From Octopus sinensis (taxonomy: Eukaryota): a stretch of DNA of 64,000 bases. Below are positions 48,903 through 61,519 of this stretch, piece after piece. Every line of letters starts with the position of its first letter. The stretch's first letter is position 1. The position numbers and the translations under genes were made by a program. The notes below the pieces were generated by a model. It was not told the DNA's origin, searched no databases, and was given only the letters and a program-made list of their open reading frames with translations. The stretch is from the NCBI RefSeq assembly GCF_006345805.1, contig NC_043015.1:930001-994000 (forward strand), written 5' to 3'.

Positions 48903-48905
48903 TAT

Positions 48906-48939
<34 letters not shown>

Positions 48940-49124
48940 GCATGTGTGGTTGTGTGTTAAGAAGATTGCTTCCCAACCGAATGGTTCCGGGTTCAGTTCC
49001 ACTGCATGGTACATGGGCAAGTGGATTTAACTATAACCTCGGGCCGACCAAATCCTCCTGAGTGGTTTTGGTAGTCAGCAACAGAAAGATGTAAATTTAC
49101 ACCACGCACACACGCACAAATGCA

Positions 49125-49224
49125 NNNNNNNNNNNNNNNNNNNNNNNNNNNNNNNNNNNNNNNNNNNNNNNNNNNNNNNNNNNNNNNNNNNNNNNNNNNN
49201 NNNNNNNNNNNNNNNNNNNNNNNN
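49125..49224. other. assembly gap (100 N)
   Basis: Directly visible. It interrupts a SINE C copy that begins at about 48940. Confidence 1.
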
Positions 49225-49300
49225 TCATATACGATGACGTATATGTATGTATATACACACAATTATATATATACACATACACCTTTATATATACATATGT

Positions 49301-49336
<36 letters not shown>

Positions 49337-49719
49337 CATTACACACAACTTGGACCAAATTTCTTCTTAAGAAAAAATATATATTCAAATAAGTAAAACA
49401 TAATATCATGAATAGCGATAGCGAAACCGGTCGATATATTAAAATTTATATTAAAACTATGTATGTGTGCGTATTTTCCTTTTTTAATTTCTTATATATA
49501 TATATATATATATATGGTGGGGTATATAATATTCTTTTAGAATTAAAGTGTTGAATGTGTCTTCGAAATTTCGGCATGCGTAATGTTCGTCAGCTTTCAT
49601 CAGCTTCAGCAGGCCGCAACTTTGAGCTCACTCGGAAGCCTCTTGTAAATTAACAACATGTTTTACTAAAAGTTTTACATAATCCTTCAGATTGATGTAA
49701 ATTCATTGTTCTTATGAAT

Positions 49720-50372
49720 AGCAATAGACTCAGAGTCATCACCCGTTATGACCGTTTTCAAAAAGTTTTCATCGTTCTTCACAGAAACGAGGAGATCTTG
49801 TGCAACTGAAACCCGAGTGTCTTTTCCTTCAACTAAAAGCAGTTTTAGCACAAACTTAGCAGACAGGCGTCTCATACCCAAATCTTCAGTAGTAATGAAC
49901 TGAACTGAACCATAACTAATCTGGTCCTCTGATATCACACGGAAGGTGATTCGAGGATTTCCCCTCACATGTACGCACATCTGCGATGTTGTTCTCAGTT
50001 CTTCTGGTTGCAAGTCTCCCAGAATATTCGTCGCTATCGACAATTTTGGGCAATCTTGGAAATGTCTGAACCACTCAAGCATTCCTCCCCGTACACTTTC
50101 TGCAACTTTGCATAGGCCTCTGAGAAAGCAACGTCAAGTTTTCGGCAAAATTTGATGTAGGATTTCTTATCAACTTCCTTTGTCATTGTCAATACGACAA
50201 TCACACGCTACACACGTTCCTTCCAAGCACTGCTTTAAAGAGAGGAAAAGAGCTAGGAAAGTAAACTTGAAGCATATACACAGCATAGGTCAACTGTGCC
50301 AAGGAGCTTTACTCTATAGGCTGTAGCTTCATTACTATGGCAACAGTCCGGATACTTATTGATTAGACCACG
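49720..50372 (-). mobile_element. mariner element 5' half with decayed transposase
   Basis: TIR CGTGGTCTAATCAATAAGTATCCGGACT with TA outside (50373-50374). ATG at 50186 gives MTKEVDKKSYIKFCRKL, then LGMRRLSAKFVLKLL and NDENFLKTVITGD (first catalytic Asp). Frameshifted and 3'-truncated. Confidence 0.9.
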
Positions 50373-51809
50373 TACCTGTCATGCTTTGAACCTCTTCAAC
50401 TAGCTTTCTTTGCTTTTGCTGGACAATAGTGTCGCTTCTGCAGTATCCATATGAAATCACTTTATACAATAATCTCACACATTGTAAACCTATCAGCAGT
50501 AAAGATTTCTCAAATCGCTATTCCTCCATTTTGTTCCGATTAGCTGTATTCATCCCAATCCCGAATTCCTCTTTCTTTGTAGAACAATCATAGAACTTAC
50601 ATGGGATCACTATGGGACCGCTAGTGTACCCGAATTAAGCAAGCATCCTCACAGTTTACATATTTGCCCAGTTCATGTGATTTATCTCACAGGTGTGCGC
50701 ATAGTATATTTATAAGGGAGTTGATGTTACCGCATTTATCACATAATAGCTCAATAGCGCCATTTGTTTTAATTTGTTTTATTAATTTTGATAATTCTTC
50801 TTATCTCATCTTTCAATTCATCTCTACCATATTTAACATCTTGATATGTCCAAACGGGAAACTTCATTACAAATATAAATTAAATCTTTTCTTCCCACTG
50901 CTTCACTCAGTCACCATTCCGTAATCCCGTATTTATCTTATGGCTCTCTTCTCAAATTTGCTTTTCTTTCCATCATATCCTCAGCACGTTCTCTTCTACA
51001 TATATTCATTTTCTTATCTTTCTTTCTCGCTCTATTTCTCTCACTCTGCGTTATAATGTATATAATCTCTATCCTACTACTTCTCGTTTTACTATGCACT
51101 CTCACATCGCTCTGTGTTCCCCATCGTTTGCAACCAATCGATCAAATATACACAACGTATAACTTGTCTACTTTTCCCGTTTTCCCTTATCCTATCAACC
51201 CTGAATAAAGATTTCCCTCAAATTTTCCCAACTAATTCGGAGCAATGCAGACTATTTCAAGCTTCCTTGAAATATTTTCTCTCATATATATATACATACA
51301 CTCTCACAGTCACACACATGTACAACGTATTATAAAAATATGTATGTGCATATGTATGTGTATATGTATGTATGTATTTATCTATCTATCATACTTTCTA
51401 TTTATCTATCTCTGTGTGTGTATTTGTGTGTTGTGTGTGTGCCTAAAATATACATACAAGTACGTACACAAATGCGCGCGCATGAACGGACTAGTATAAC
51501 CTTAAACTCAGCACAGGAAGCTTAGTCAAGTATTTCTTCTATGTTTTATATATTTCGATGCTTGAACATAAGAAAGTGTTCAATTACACCCAAAAAATTT
51601 CAACACCTTCGAAGAAAGTTGTTATTAATCTATTCAAATAACTTTTCCATGTACATCACTGAAACCTGTCTCAAATTATATATTTTCAATATTTTATAGT
51701 TATTTTCTTTTCAGACGTAATGTATATGAGAAAATTAAACAAATGCGTGTCAATAGAAAAGCACAATCACACAACCGCAGAAAAAGTAATAATTATTATT
51801 CCTACTATA

Positions 51810-52000
51810 GGCACAAGGCCCAAATTGTTTGTGTAGAGGTCTAGTCAACCTCATTGATCCCTGTTCTCAAATAGTACTTATTTCTTGAACACCAAAAGGA
51901 GGAAAGAAATACCACCCCGGCAGATTTGAAAACACAATGTAAAGCCGTCGAAATATGGTTGCGTTTATTAGCCGGCGTGCTAACGATTTTAGCAGCTTAA
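51810..52000 (-). mobile_element. SINE family A (A2), degenerate
   Basis: Minus-strand head and decayed body. Confidence 0.6.
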
Positions 52001-52231
52001 GAAATTTAATAATAGTCAATAAAATAATTAATTTGGTGCATCCCTTCATGAATCCTTTTGTTCTAAGTTTAAAAGATGTACACAGACATGTAGGAAGTAA
52101 ATAGTTACCCTTAATTTAAAGAAAATTCTGATCTAAGAGTCTTAATATGTTTTCAGCGGTATAGAATTTACAATGTAATTATTCTTTTTCATTCCAGGTG
52201 CCATAATAGCAAAAATTTGTGAAGAGTAACC

Positions 52232-52530
52232 ATGTCACGCACCAAAAAATCAGCAGAACTGTCAGATTTTCAAATTGGTCTTATTGCTGGGCAATCTGAG
52301 GCTTGACTTAGCCAGCGAAAATTTGCCGAAATTTTTCAAATCCCTCTTGCTACTGTTAATAAAATTATCGTGCAATTCAAAAGCCAAGGAAAAGAATCAG
52401 CAGATTCTTGTCCCAGCCCACCTGGGCCCTCGGAAAGGAAGTTTCACTGTTTGAAGAGAATTGTGGAAAACGAACCCCGTTCGAAGGCTTCTGCCATTGC
52501 AAAATATCTAGAAGATAATCTAAGCACGTG
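52232..52530 (+). pseudogene. Tc1-like transposase N-terminal (paired/HTH) fragment
   Basis: MSRTKKSAELSDFQIGLIAGQSEA*LSQRKFAEIFQIPLATVNKIIVQFKSQGK...SERKFHCLKRIVENEPRSKASAI matches the ELSDF.RG.IVG...G.S / L.RIV..n.r pattern, with one in-frame stop. Unrelated in sequence to the 23.1-25.1 kb element. Confidence 0.75.
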
Positions 52531-52754
52531 TGTTACTTTAAGGACGAGCATATCAAAGAAAACCTCTCCTTCAACCAATTAATATCAGATTAAGGTATCT
52601 ATTTACTTTCTGCAAGTCTGTTTATATCATTGTCTGCAGTAAGAGTCAAATAAAATACTGCATAAATGTACCATTCAAATTCTATTTGATTTTGTGTCCC
52701 TTGAAAGAAAGGCCAGTTTAGATGTAACTGCATCAATTCTAGTACTTGAGATGT

Positions 52755-53290
52755 GGCTGTGTAGTAAAAAATTTGCTTCACAACCACAGGTTTATGCGGT
52801 CTATCCCACTGCGCATCACATTATACAGGTGTCTACTGCTGTGACCGCGGATCGAATTAAAGCATTGTGAGTGGATTTGGTAGACGGAAATTGGAAGAAA
52901 CCTGTCGTACACACACACACACACACACATATACATAAATATGTATTCATGTGTGTGCTTTTCTGTTTTTGTTTGTCCCCCATCACCGCTTAGTAAAACG
53001 GAGTTGGTGTGTTTACATCCTCGTAATTCAGTGGTTCGGCAAAAGAGAATTAGAGTAAATACCAGGCTTGAAAAAACCTAGTGCTAATTTTTTCGACTAA
53101 AATTCTTCAAGGCAATCCTCCACCATGGCACATAAAGTACTAGAAAAACATAAAAGATAAAGAAAAAACATGGTTCTGGGTTCGGTCTCATTGCATGGCA
53201 CCCTAGGCAAGTGTCGACTACTATAGCCTCCTGCCGACCAAAGCCTTGTGAGTGGATTTGTAAAATGAAAACTGAAATAAGCCCATCGTA
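52755..53290 (+). mobile_element. degenerate SINE family C copy plus a second partial copy
   Basis: Heads at about 52755 and 53165, with internal (CA)n. Confidence 0.65.
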
Positions 53291-53784
53291 CATATCAGGT
53301 CATCCCATAAGTTCTGTCCGAATTTTGAATAAAGAAAACATGTGATCAAAGGTTATATTTAATTGAAAGTTAATTATGTTAGTCTGTTTACATCCCCATA
53401 TCTTACCTGTTCCGCTGAAGAGACAGGGAGAATACAATTTACGTTTAATAAATAAAATTTCGTTCGGCTAAATTTCCTCAAGGCGGTACCTCAATATAGA
53501 CTCAGCTTAAAGAAACAGACAAGTAAATAATTAAAGCTATCCGCGCGCACACAAACACACACACACACACAGACATACACACACACAAGCGCAGAGACAC
53601 ATTAATATTTGTTTCTAAGCTCAGACGTAACAGACAAAAATTGCATTAATCCCGTCGGCTAACATATCAGAGGACGATAGATTAGCTGCTCGAAACGTCG
53701 AAGCAATTGTCAATGATAATCCTGTTCAAGAATGATAGATAATTAAATAGATGTTTCTCTGTGGATGTATTTATGCGTGTGTGT

Positions 53785-54170
53785 CTCTTTTACTTGTTTC
53801 AGTCATTTGAGTGCGGCCATGCTGGAACACCGCCTTTAGTCGAGCAAATCGACCCCAGGACTTATTCTTTGTAAGCCCAGTACCTATTCTATCGGTCTCT
53901 TTTACCGAACTGCTAAGTTACGGGGACGCAGACACACCAGCATCGGTTGTCAAGCGATGTGGGAGGGGGGGCAAACACAGATACACAAACATACACACAC
54001 ACACATATATATACATATATACGACGGGCTTCTTTTAGTTTCCGTCTACAAATTCACTTACAAGGCTTTGGTCGGCCCGAAGCTATAGTACAAGACACTT
54101 CTTCCCAAGGTGCCACGCAGTGGGCCAGAACCCGGAACTATATGATTTGTAAGCAAGCTATTACTGTTAA
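53785..54170 (-). mobile_element. SINE family C
   Basis: Reverse complement of the family consensus; source of ORFs 53811..54038 and 53947..54183. Confidence 0.85.
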
Positions 54171-54394
54171 TAAACAAATATAAAATTATGAACTGTTATG
54201 CTTATTTGTAACTGTGAATGCATTTTCGTATTTCCCGCTTTACATTCAGTTTTCTTCAATTAATAACGGATCCTAGTTACAATATTTATGTTAAAAATCT
54301 TTTTTTAGTTACAATTATCTTGTATATTTCATAATACTTTCATGTGTGAAAACCCACATCAATACAATTCATCTGTTCTCATAAACAAATATAC

Positions 54395-54425
<31 letters not shown>

Positions 54426-54459
54426 CATACACACACACAACTATATATTTCTGATGAAA

Positions 54460-54868
54460 GGCGGCGAGCTGGCAGAAACGTTAGCACGCCGGGCGAAATG
54501 CGTAGCCGTATTTCGTCTGCCGCTACGTTCTGAGTTCAAATTCCGCCGAGGTCGACTTTCATCCTTTCGGGGTCGATAAATTAAGTACCAGTTACGCACT
54601 GGGATCGATGTAATCGACTTAATCCGTTTGTCTGTCCTTGTTTGTCCCCTCTGTGTTTAGCCCCTTGTGGGTAGTAAAGAAATAGGTATTTCGTCTGCCT
54701 TTACATTCTGACTTCAAATTCCGCCGAGGTCGACTTTGCCTTTCATCCTTTCGGGGTCGATAAATTAAGTATCAGTTACGCACTGGGATCGATGTAATCG
54801 ACTTAATCCGTTTGTCTGTCCTTGTTTGTCCCCTCTGTGTTTAGCCCCCTGTGGGTAGTAAAGAAATA
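54460..54868 (+). mobile_element. SINE family A dimer (one head, two bodies)
   Basis: Junction GAAATAGGTATTTC at about 54679-54692. Confidence 0.9.
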
Positions 54869-55391
54869 TATATATTTCTGATTAAGTGTTATGTATTCGT
54901 GGACTTAATATAACCGAGAAGTAAATATCTGCCTTTAATCTCATGCTTGAACTTTCTCTTTTCATCGACCGGGGATCTATAAGGTGATCTACCAATTAAG
55001 TACCGATTTCCATGTAATCGCCTAACGCACCTTCTATTAATAATCATCAGACTTGATCCACGGTTCGGAACATGTATAATGATATCCTAAATTAGAAACC
55101 AGTACGCTTGTTAGTGTCATTATTGTTACTATTATTATTCCGATTCCTGTTGTCGTTATTGATGATGATGTAGATTTTGTTATTTATATTTTGAACTCGG
55201 AGCATTCAATACAAAAAAAAAAATACATCAAATATAAATTTTTATCAGTTTATTATCAATACAGCTATTCAAATTTTACAACATTTAGCTCTCGTATAAA
55301 TTATAATATACAATGTATTTTTGTACGAAATGTAATTGAGGTAATAAAAATAAAGAGCAAACACACAGCCCCATATCAATGAGTGTGTGTG

Positions 55392-55429
<38 letters not shown>

Positions 55430-56546
55430 CAAACATATATATATATATTATATATATATTATCAAACATATATATATATATATGTATATATGTATACGCA
55501 AACATATATATATATATAAGTTAACGTCTGACTTGATACATTAGAATTATGTTATTTAATTAAATAGTGAGGTATTATGATATTTTATCTGTTATTTACA
55601 TAAATATTTAAATACAATTAACTTCTGTATTACAGTGTCTGCTAATGTATATTTCGAGAGACATCGGTTATTACCTGATAAACATACAGATCAAAAGAAA
55701 TATATGCTCATGTTTGTGTATACATATGAAGCAGTTATAAGCATACAGACTATATATATACATACAAAAATGCATACACACACAGAGAGCACACACAAAG
55801 ACACAGATATATAAGTGCAAATGATAAATAGGTATGTATGTAGAATAACACACATATATGTATGTGTACATCTGCGTCTATACGTATATAGAAAGTTAGG
55901 ATGTAACGTATGATGTGTCTCCGTATTTGTTTTATGTATATGACAGCCTTTATATACATGTGTACATATATAAATATACATATATATATATATGTATATA
56001 CATACATATATATTCATAAGTATATACATATGTATATATATGCCCATATATATCTATATTATCTCCCTCTCTCTATTATATATATATATACATGAAAATT
56101 AATAAATTTAAAGCATTAAGTAAATTATAGTTACTTCTAAGTAATATATTAATTAAGATTTTTATTATTATAGAAGAAATATCCGGTACCCAAACAATCG
56201 CCCGAACACAAATCACACCCTTGTATACAAATTTGTTAGTTTCCACAACACACATATAAATACACCAACATATAGAGGCAATCATTACAAATATTTAAGA
56301 CACACACATGCGCACGCATGCACGCACACACACACACACAACATGCACATTCACAAATACATATGCAAACATATGCAAACACGTACACACATATATATTT
56401 GTACATAATAGTTTGCAAATATTAATGTATTCATACACACACACAAACACCCCCACACATATACATATTCCTATTTCTAAAATACTAATACTTTACTAAT
56501 CCTACTCTGTATAAATATTAACGCTCATATGTGTTTATAAGTCTGC

Positions 56547-56587
<41 letters not shown>

Positions 56588-56654
56588 TACAACTATATAC
56601 ATATATATACATACAGACACACACACACACACATATATATACATATGTCTATGT

Positions 56655-57048
56655 TTTATGGCTGTGTGGTAAGTAGCTTGTTTACCAACCACATGGTACC
56701 TGGTTCAGTCCCACTGCGTGGAACCTTGGGCAAGTGTCTTCTACTATAGCCTAGGCCGACCAAAGCCTTGTGAGTGGATTTGGTAGACGGAAAACTGAAA
56801 GAAGCCGTCGTATATATGTATATATATATATAGTATATGTGTGCGTGCGTGTATGTTTGTGTTGTCCCCTTAGCATTGCTTGACAACCGATGCTGGTGTG
56901 TTTAGTCCCCGTCACCTAGCGGTTCGGCAAAGAGACCGAATGAGGAATAAGTACTGGCTTACAAAGAATAAGTCCGGGGTCGAGTTGCCCGATTAAAGGC
57001 GGTGCTTCAGCATGGTCGCAGTCAAATGACTGAAACAAGTAAAAGAGT
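56655..57048 (+). mobile_element. SINE family C, full length
   Basis: Colinear with 30655-31078. Confidence 0.88.
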
Positions 57049-57319
57049 ATATATATATACATACCAAACATACAAAATATAAAGAGATACACCGATTGTT
57101 ATTGACAATAAGTAGCTACATATAATATTATATATAATATATATATATATAATATATATATATATACATACACACACATAAGTATATATACATACATTGA
57201 TATAGAAAGATAGATACATAGGTAGATAGAGAGATAGATAGAGAAAGAGAGAGGGAGAGAATTAGATAGTTACATAGATAGTTATTAGCATACACATATT
57301 TATACATATATATTCATTT

Positions 57320-57690
57320 ATCCTTTTGTTAGTTTACTTGCTTCTGTTAACTGACTGCAGATCACTACATTTCGGTTGAAGAAACCGACCACAGGAATTT
57401 TTCTTTGTAAGCGTGGGGCTAATTCTATCAGTCTCTTATGCCGGACCGCTAAATACAGTGAGGTAAACACACCAACATAGGTTTTCAAGTGATTGGCATG
57501 GCGGACAAAACAATACACATCGCGCGCACATATATACGACGGGCTTCTCTAGTTCCCGTCTTACGAATCAACTCACAAGGCTTTGGTGGGTCCGAAATTA
57601 TAGTAGACGTCACCTGACCAAGTTTCCACGCTGCTGGACCGAACCTGGAACCACGAGATTGGGAAGCAGCTTCTTACCACACAGCCTGTG
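57320..57690 (-). mobile_element. SINE family C, degenerate
   Basis: Decayed reverse-complement match. Confidence 0.65.
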
Positions 57691-57798
57691 CCTAAAGATA
57701 TATATATATGTATATCTATATATGTATATATAGATATATGTATATATAGATAGATGTATATATCGATATTGTATATATATATTTATATATATATATAT

Positions 57799-57830
<32 letters not shown>

Positions 57831-57842
57831 ATAACGGAAGCT

Positions 57843-58015
57843 TTACGAAAATAAACAAAAGACGATGGCAGGTGGAGTACAAACAAACAATTGTATTAGT
57901 ATGGCGCACAGGAATAGAAATAAAATAAGTCTTTTACGTTTCGAGCCTACGCTCTTCAACAGAAAGATACACAGAAAAGAAACACGGAGAGAAACAAGGA
58001 GCTAACGATTCAACA
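57843..58015 (-). mobile_element. Penelope-like pLTR fragment (family P1) with variant minimal hammerhead at 57930-57967
   Basis: The minus strand reads TCTTT-CTGTTGA-A-GAG CGTAGG CTC-GAAAC-GTA-AAAGA. Confidence 0.7.
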
Positions 58016-58328
58016 TATATCTGTGTGTGTATGTGTGCTTATGTGTGACTGTGTGCGTGTACATGTGTACATACACGTACACACTCACATATTTATATGT
58101 ATATATATATATATTCATATATACATGTGTGTATATATATATATGTTCATATATACATGTGTGTATATATATATATATTCATATATACATGTGTGCATAA
58201 TATATATATATATATATTATATATATATATCTAATATATATATGTAGGTCCCGGGTTGATCGGGGTTAACCACAGTAAGTAAGGTACTCAATACATAGCA
58301 GAGTAAAATTAATTTATTATATAGAAGG

Positions 58329-58378
58329 AGCTTCTACAGGACTAGTACTGTTTCATCAAGAGAAATCTTCAGGAAGCT
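58329..58378 (-). ncRNA. type I hammerhead motif (family P4, copy 1)
   Basis: AGCTTC-CTGAAGA-TTTCTCTTGAT-GAAACAG TACTAGTC CTGTA-GAAGCT on the minus strand. Confidence 0.6.
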
Positions 58379-58720
58379 ATTTAACAAGAATTGTATTAGC
58401 ATTGTATACATTTAGGCAGGTTTTAAAGGAGTGGTGGTGGGGACTTTTTGGGGGTAGGCATAGCGCAAAATATCATACTTGGGGGAGTGGTCAAGGAGTC
58501 AGTGGTAAGTTAGATGAAAGAATAGATAAATAAAAAAATAAAATAAAAAATAAAAAATAAAAAATAAAAGATAAAAAATATAAAAAAATAAAAAAATAAA
58601 AAAAATAAAAAAAAAATAAAAAATAAAAAAATAAAAATGTGTGCACATACATACATAAACACATATACATACACACACACATACGTACACATGTGTGCCT
58701 TACATTACCTACACATACAC

Positions 58721-58777
<57 letters not shown>

Positions 58778-59101
58778 CACAATCAAATACAGGCCCATTC
58801 CCTAATTTTAATTTACTATCTTCATTTATACTTTTGTTATCTTTGATCGCTAGGGCTAAGGATCCTGGCGATGGCAGCATGTCCAATTGTCTGTCTACTA
58901 GAAGGCAAGTACTTCGTTCCCGCACGCACACTCATTAGCACGTACATACACCCATTTGTACACTCATACACATACACGTACGCACGCTTATATTCATACA
59001 TACAAACATCTACATACGTTCACGTATATACACATACGTACTCGTACCTACAGATTCATGTCTACACTTTAGGAGGCTAGTCTATATATATACACCAATA
59101 A

Positions 59102-59156
<55 letters not shown>

Positions 59157-59518
59157 TACACACACACACACATATATATACTCCTACATACAGATACCTA
59201 CCCATATATATATACATTATACACACATACATATTATATAATATATATATATAACATATATATATAATATATATATATAATATATATATACATACATACA
59301 CACCACAACATATATATACCACACATACATACACATATATATACATACACAAACATATATACACACATATATATATATACATATATACACACATAATACA
59401 CACACCTACATACATATACACACAAACACATACATACGTAAACATACATACATACATCCATACATCCATACTTACATGCATTTATACGCATACATACACC
59501 CCCATCTATATATATATA

Positions 59519-59569
<51 letters not shown>

Positions 59570-60259
59570 TCACACATACATATACAAATATACGCCCACA
59601 CATACATACATAAACGTATACGCATACACGCACATACACATATACATGCGTACCCATACACGTGCACACCACGCACATACATCCATATATATACACACAA
59701 CACACACATACATACACGTGTGCAAGCATACACATACTCATACACGCACACATACTTACCTATACATATATGCACACACTTACACACATATATACATACA
59801 CTATACATGCATACATACATATATGCATACATACACATACACGCACATACACATATACACATGCGTACCCATACACGTGCACGCACGCACGCGCATCCAT
59901 ATATATACACACACACACATTATATATATAACGTGTGCAAGCATACATACATACTCATACACGCTCACATACTTACATATACATATATGCACCACACTTA
60001 CACACATATATACATACACATATACATGCATACATACATATATGCATACATACACATTTTTTTTATTTTTATTTTATTTTTTATTTTTTATTTTTATTTT
60101 ATTTTTTATTTATCTATTCTTTCATCTAACTTACCACTGACTCCTTGACCACTCCCCAAGTATGATATTTTGCGCTATGCCTACCCCCAAAAAAGTCCCC
60201 CACCACCACTCCTTTAAACCTGCCTAAATGTATAAATGCTAATACAATTCTTGTTAAAT

Positions 60260-60310
60260 AGCTTCCTGAAGATTTCTCTTGAATGAAACAGTACTAGTCC
60301 TGTAGAAGCT
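60260..60310 (+). ncRNA. type I hammerhead motif (family P4, copy 2)
   Basis: Stem I AGCTTC/GAAGCT, core CTGAAGA, weak stem II TTC-TCTT-GAA, stem III ACAG/CTGT with palindromic ACTAGT loop, predicted cleavage after GTA (A60304). Confidence 0.65.
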
Positions 60311-60400
60311 CCTTCTATTAATAAATTATATATTATAATATATATATTACACATGTATATATGAATATATATATATTTATGTAGCTATGTAATGTATGTT

Positions 60401-60455
<55 letters not shown>

Positions 60456-61519
60456 TATATGCTTGCATCAATTTCGGATTATAGTTGATTAAATTTTATA
60501 TTTTAAGCATCAGGAATACAGAATACATTTTCAAAAGTACATATTTATTATCCAGCTACAAGAAAAATATCGTGATACCAAAATACTGGTCAGCTGCCTT
60601 GGAGTCCTTTATATCGAGTTCAATGTCATTACGCTTTTCGTAAAAGTAAATGTGTGTGTGTGAGAATGCGTCTGTGTTGAGGCGTATTTACTGATTATTC
60701 CACAGGCACGTAAAGCTTCTAGGCAACACCGAGGCAGTATCAGCTGTGGAGAAGTTGGCCTTTGATCAGGCCTTTTAAGCTACAGATAAAATGGAATTGT
60801 GTTCCTGTAACAGATAGACCATATAGTGTGTAACAAATTAATGTTGTATACATCACTTTCAAAAATGGCATAACAATACACGTTTACGAATTTGGAGCAG
60901 TTTTAAGTTTATGTTTACGCCTAATAATATATAAATACGTATACATATTTATTTTATGTTCAGTAAAAATATAAACAATTTTACTTTAAACTCATGGGTT
61001 ACTCAAGACATTTTTATAGAATACAAAATTATTATTCTTATAACAATATATAGTTTACAGTTACTTAGACGTTTCGGGTTGCTAAGCCTTCGTCGTACCG
61101 CAATGAATTACACGTACTCTCTGTTCTGAGTTTAAATATCTTTTGGCATGCGTGTTTCAGTGGGGTGGCAATTAGGATTTCAAGGTCTGTTGCTATGGAA
61201 ATGTTTTTAGGAAATATTTTTTATTCATTAAATTTGGGATTATGTAATTGTTTAGAATTTATTCATGCATCTAGAATTTTCTAAACAAAGCCGTTGGTGT
61301 TTCTCTTTTGTTAAGAAGGCCCAAGATGTGATAGCATGTTTGTCGCATTCAGTATCGTTTCATTTAAAATCCTTATGCTTTATAATTACAAATGCTAATG
61401 TAGATTCCAAAATTAATTAGCTGGCCAATGTCACTGTCAACGATATTCCTTTATACAAAGTATACATGTGTGTGCGCGTGTGTATGTGTGTCTGTCATTT
61501 ATATATATATATATATATA

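Larger units (their letters stand above)
58246..60327. mobile_element. Penelope-like remnant (family P4): two divergent pLTR-like arms around a microsatellite-rich spacer
   Basis: About 58311-58645 and 60050-60327 are near-identical inverted copies, each with a hammerhead motif followed by AATAAA. Confidence 0.75.

Noticed and set aside
50376-50495. Open minus-strand window ending IVQQKQRKLVEEVQSMT with donor GTACGT
   Set aside because: The donor is formed by the mariner TA/TIR junction, so it is likely coincidental.
53670-53705. CAGAGGA...CTCGAAACGTCGAAG hammerhead-like words
   Set aside because: The core has A at position 4 and the helices do not pair; too decayed to call.
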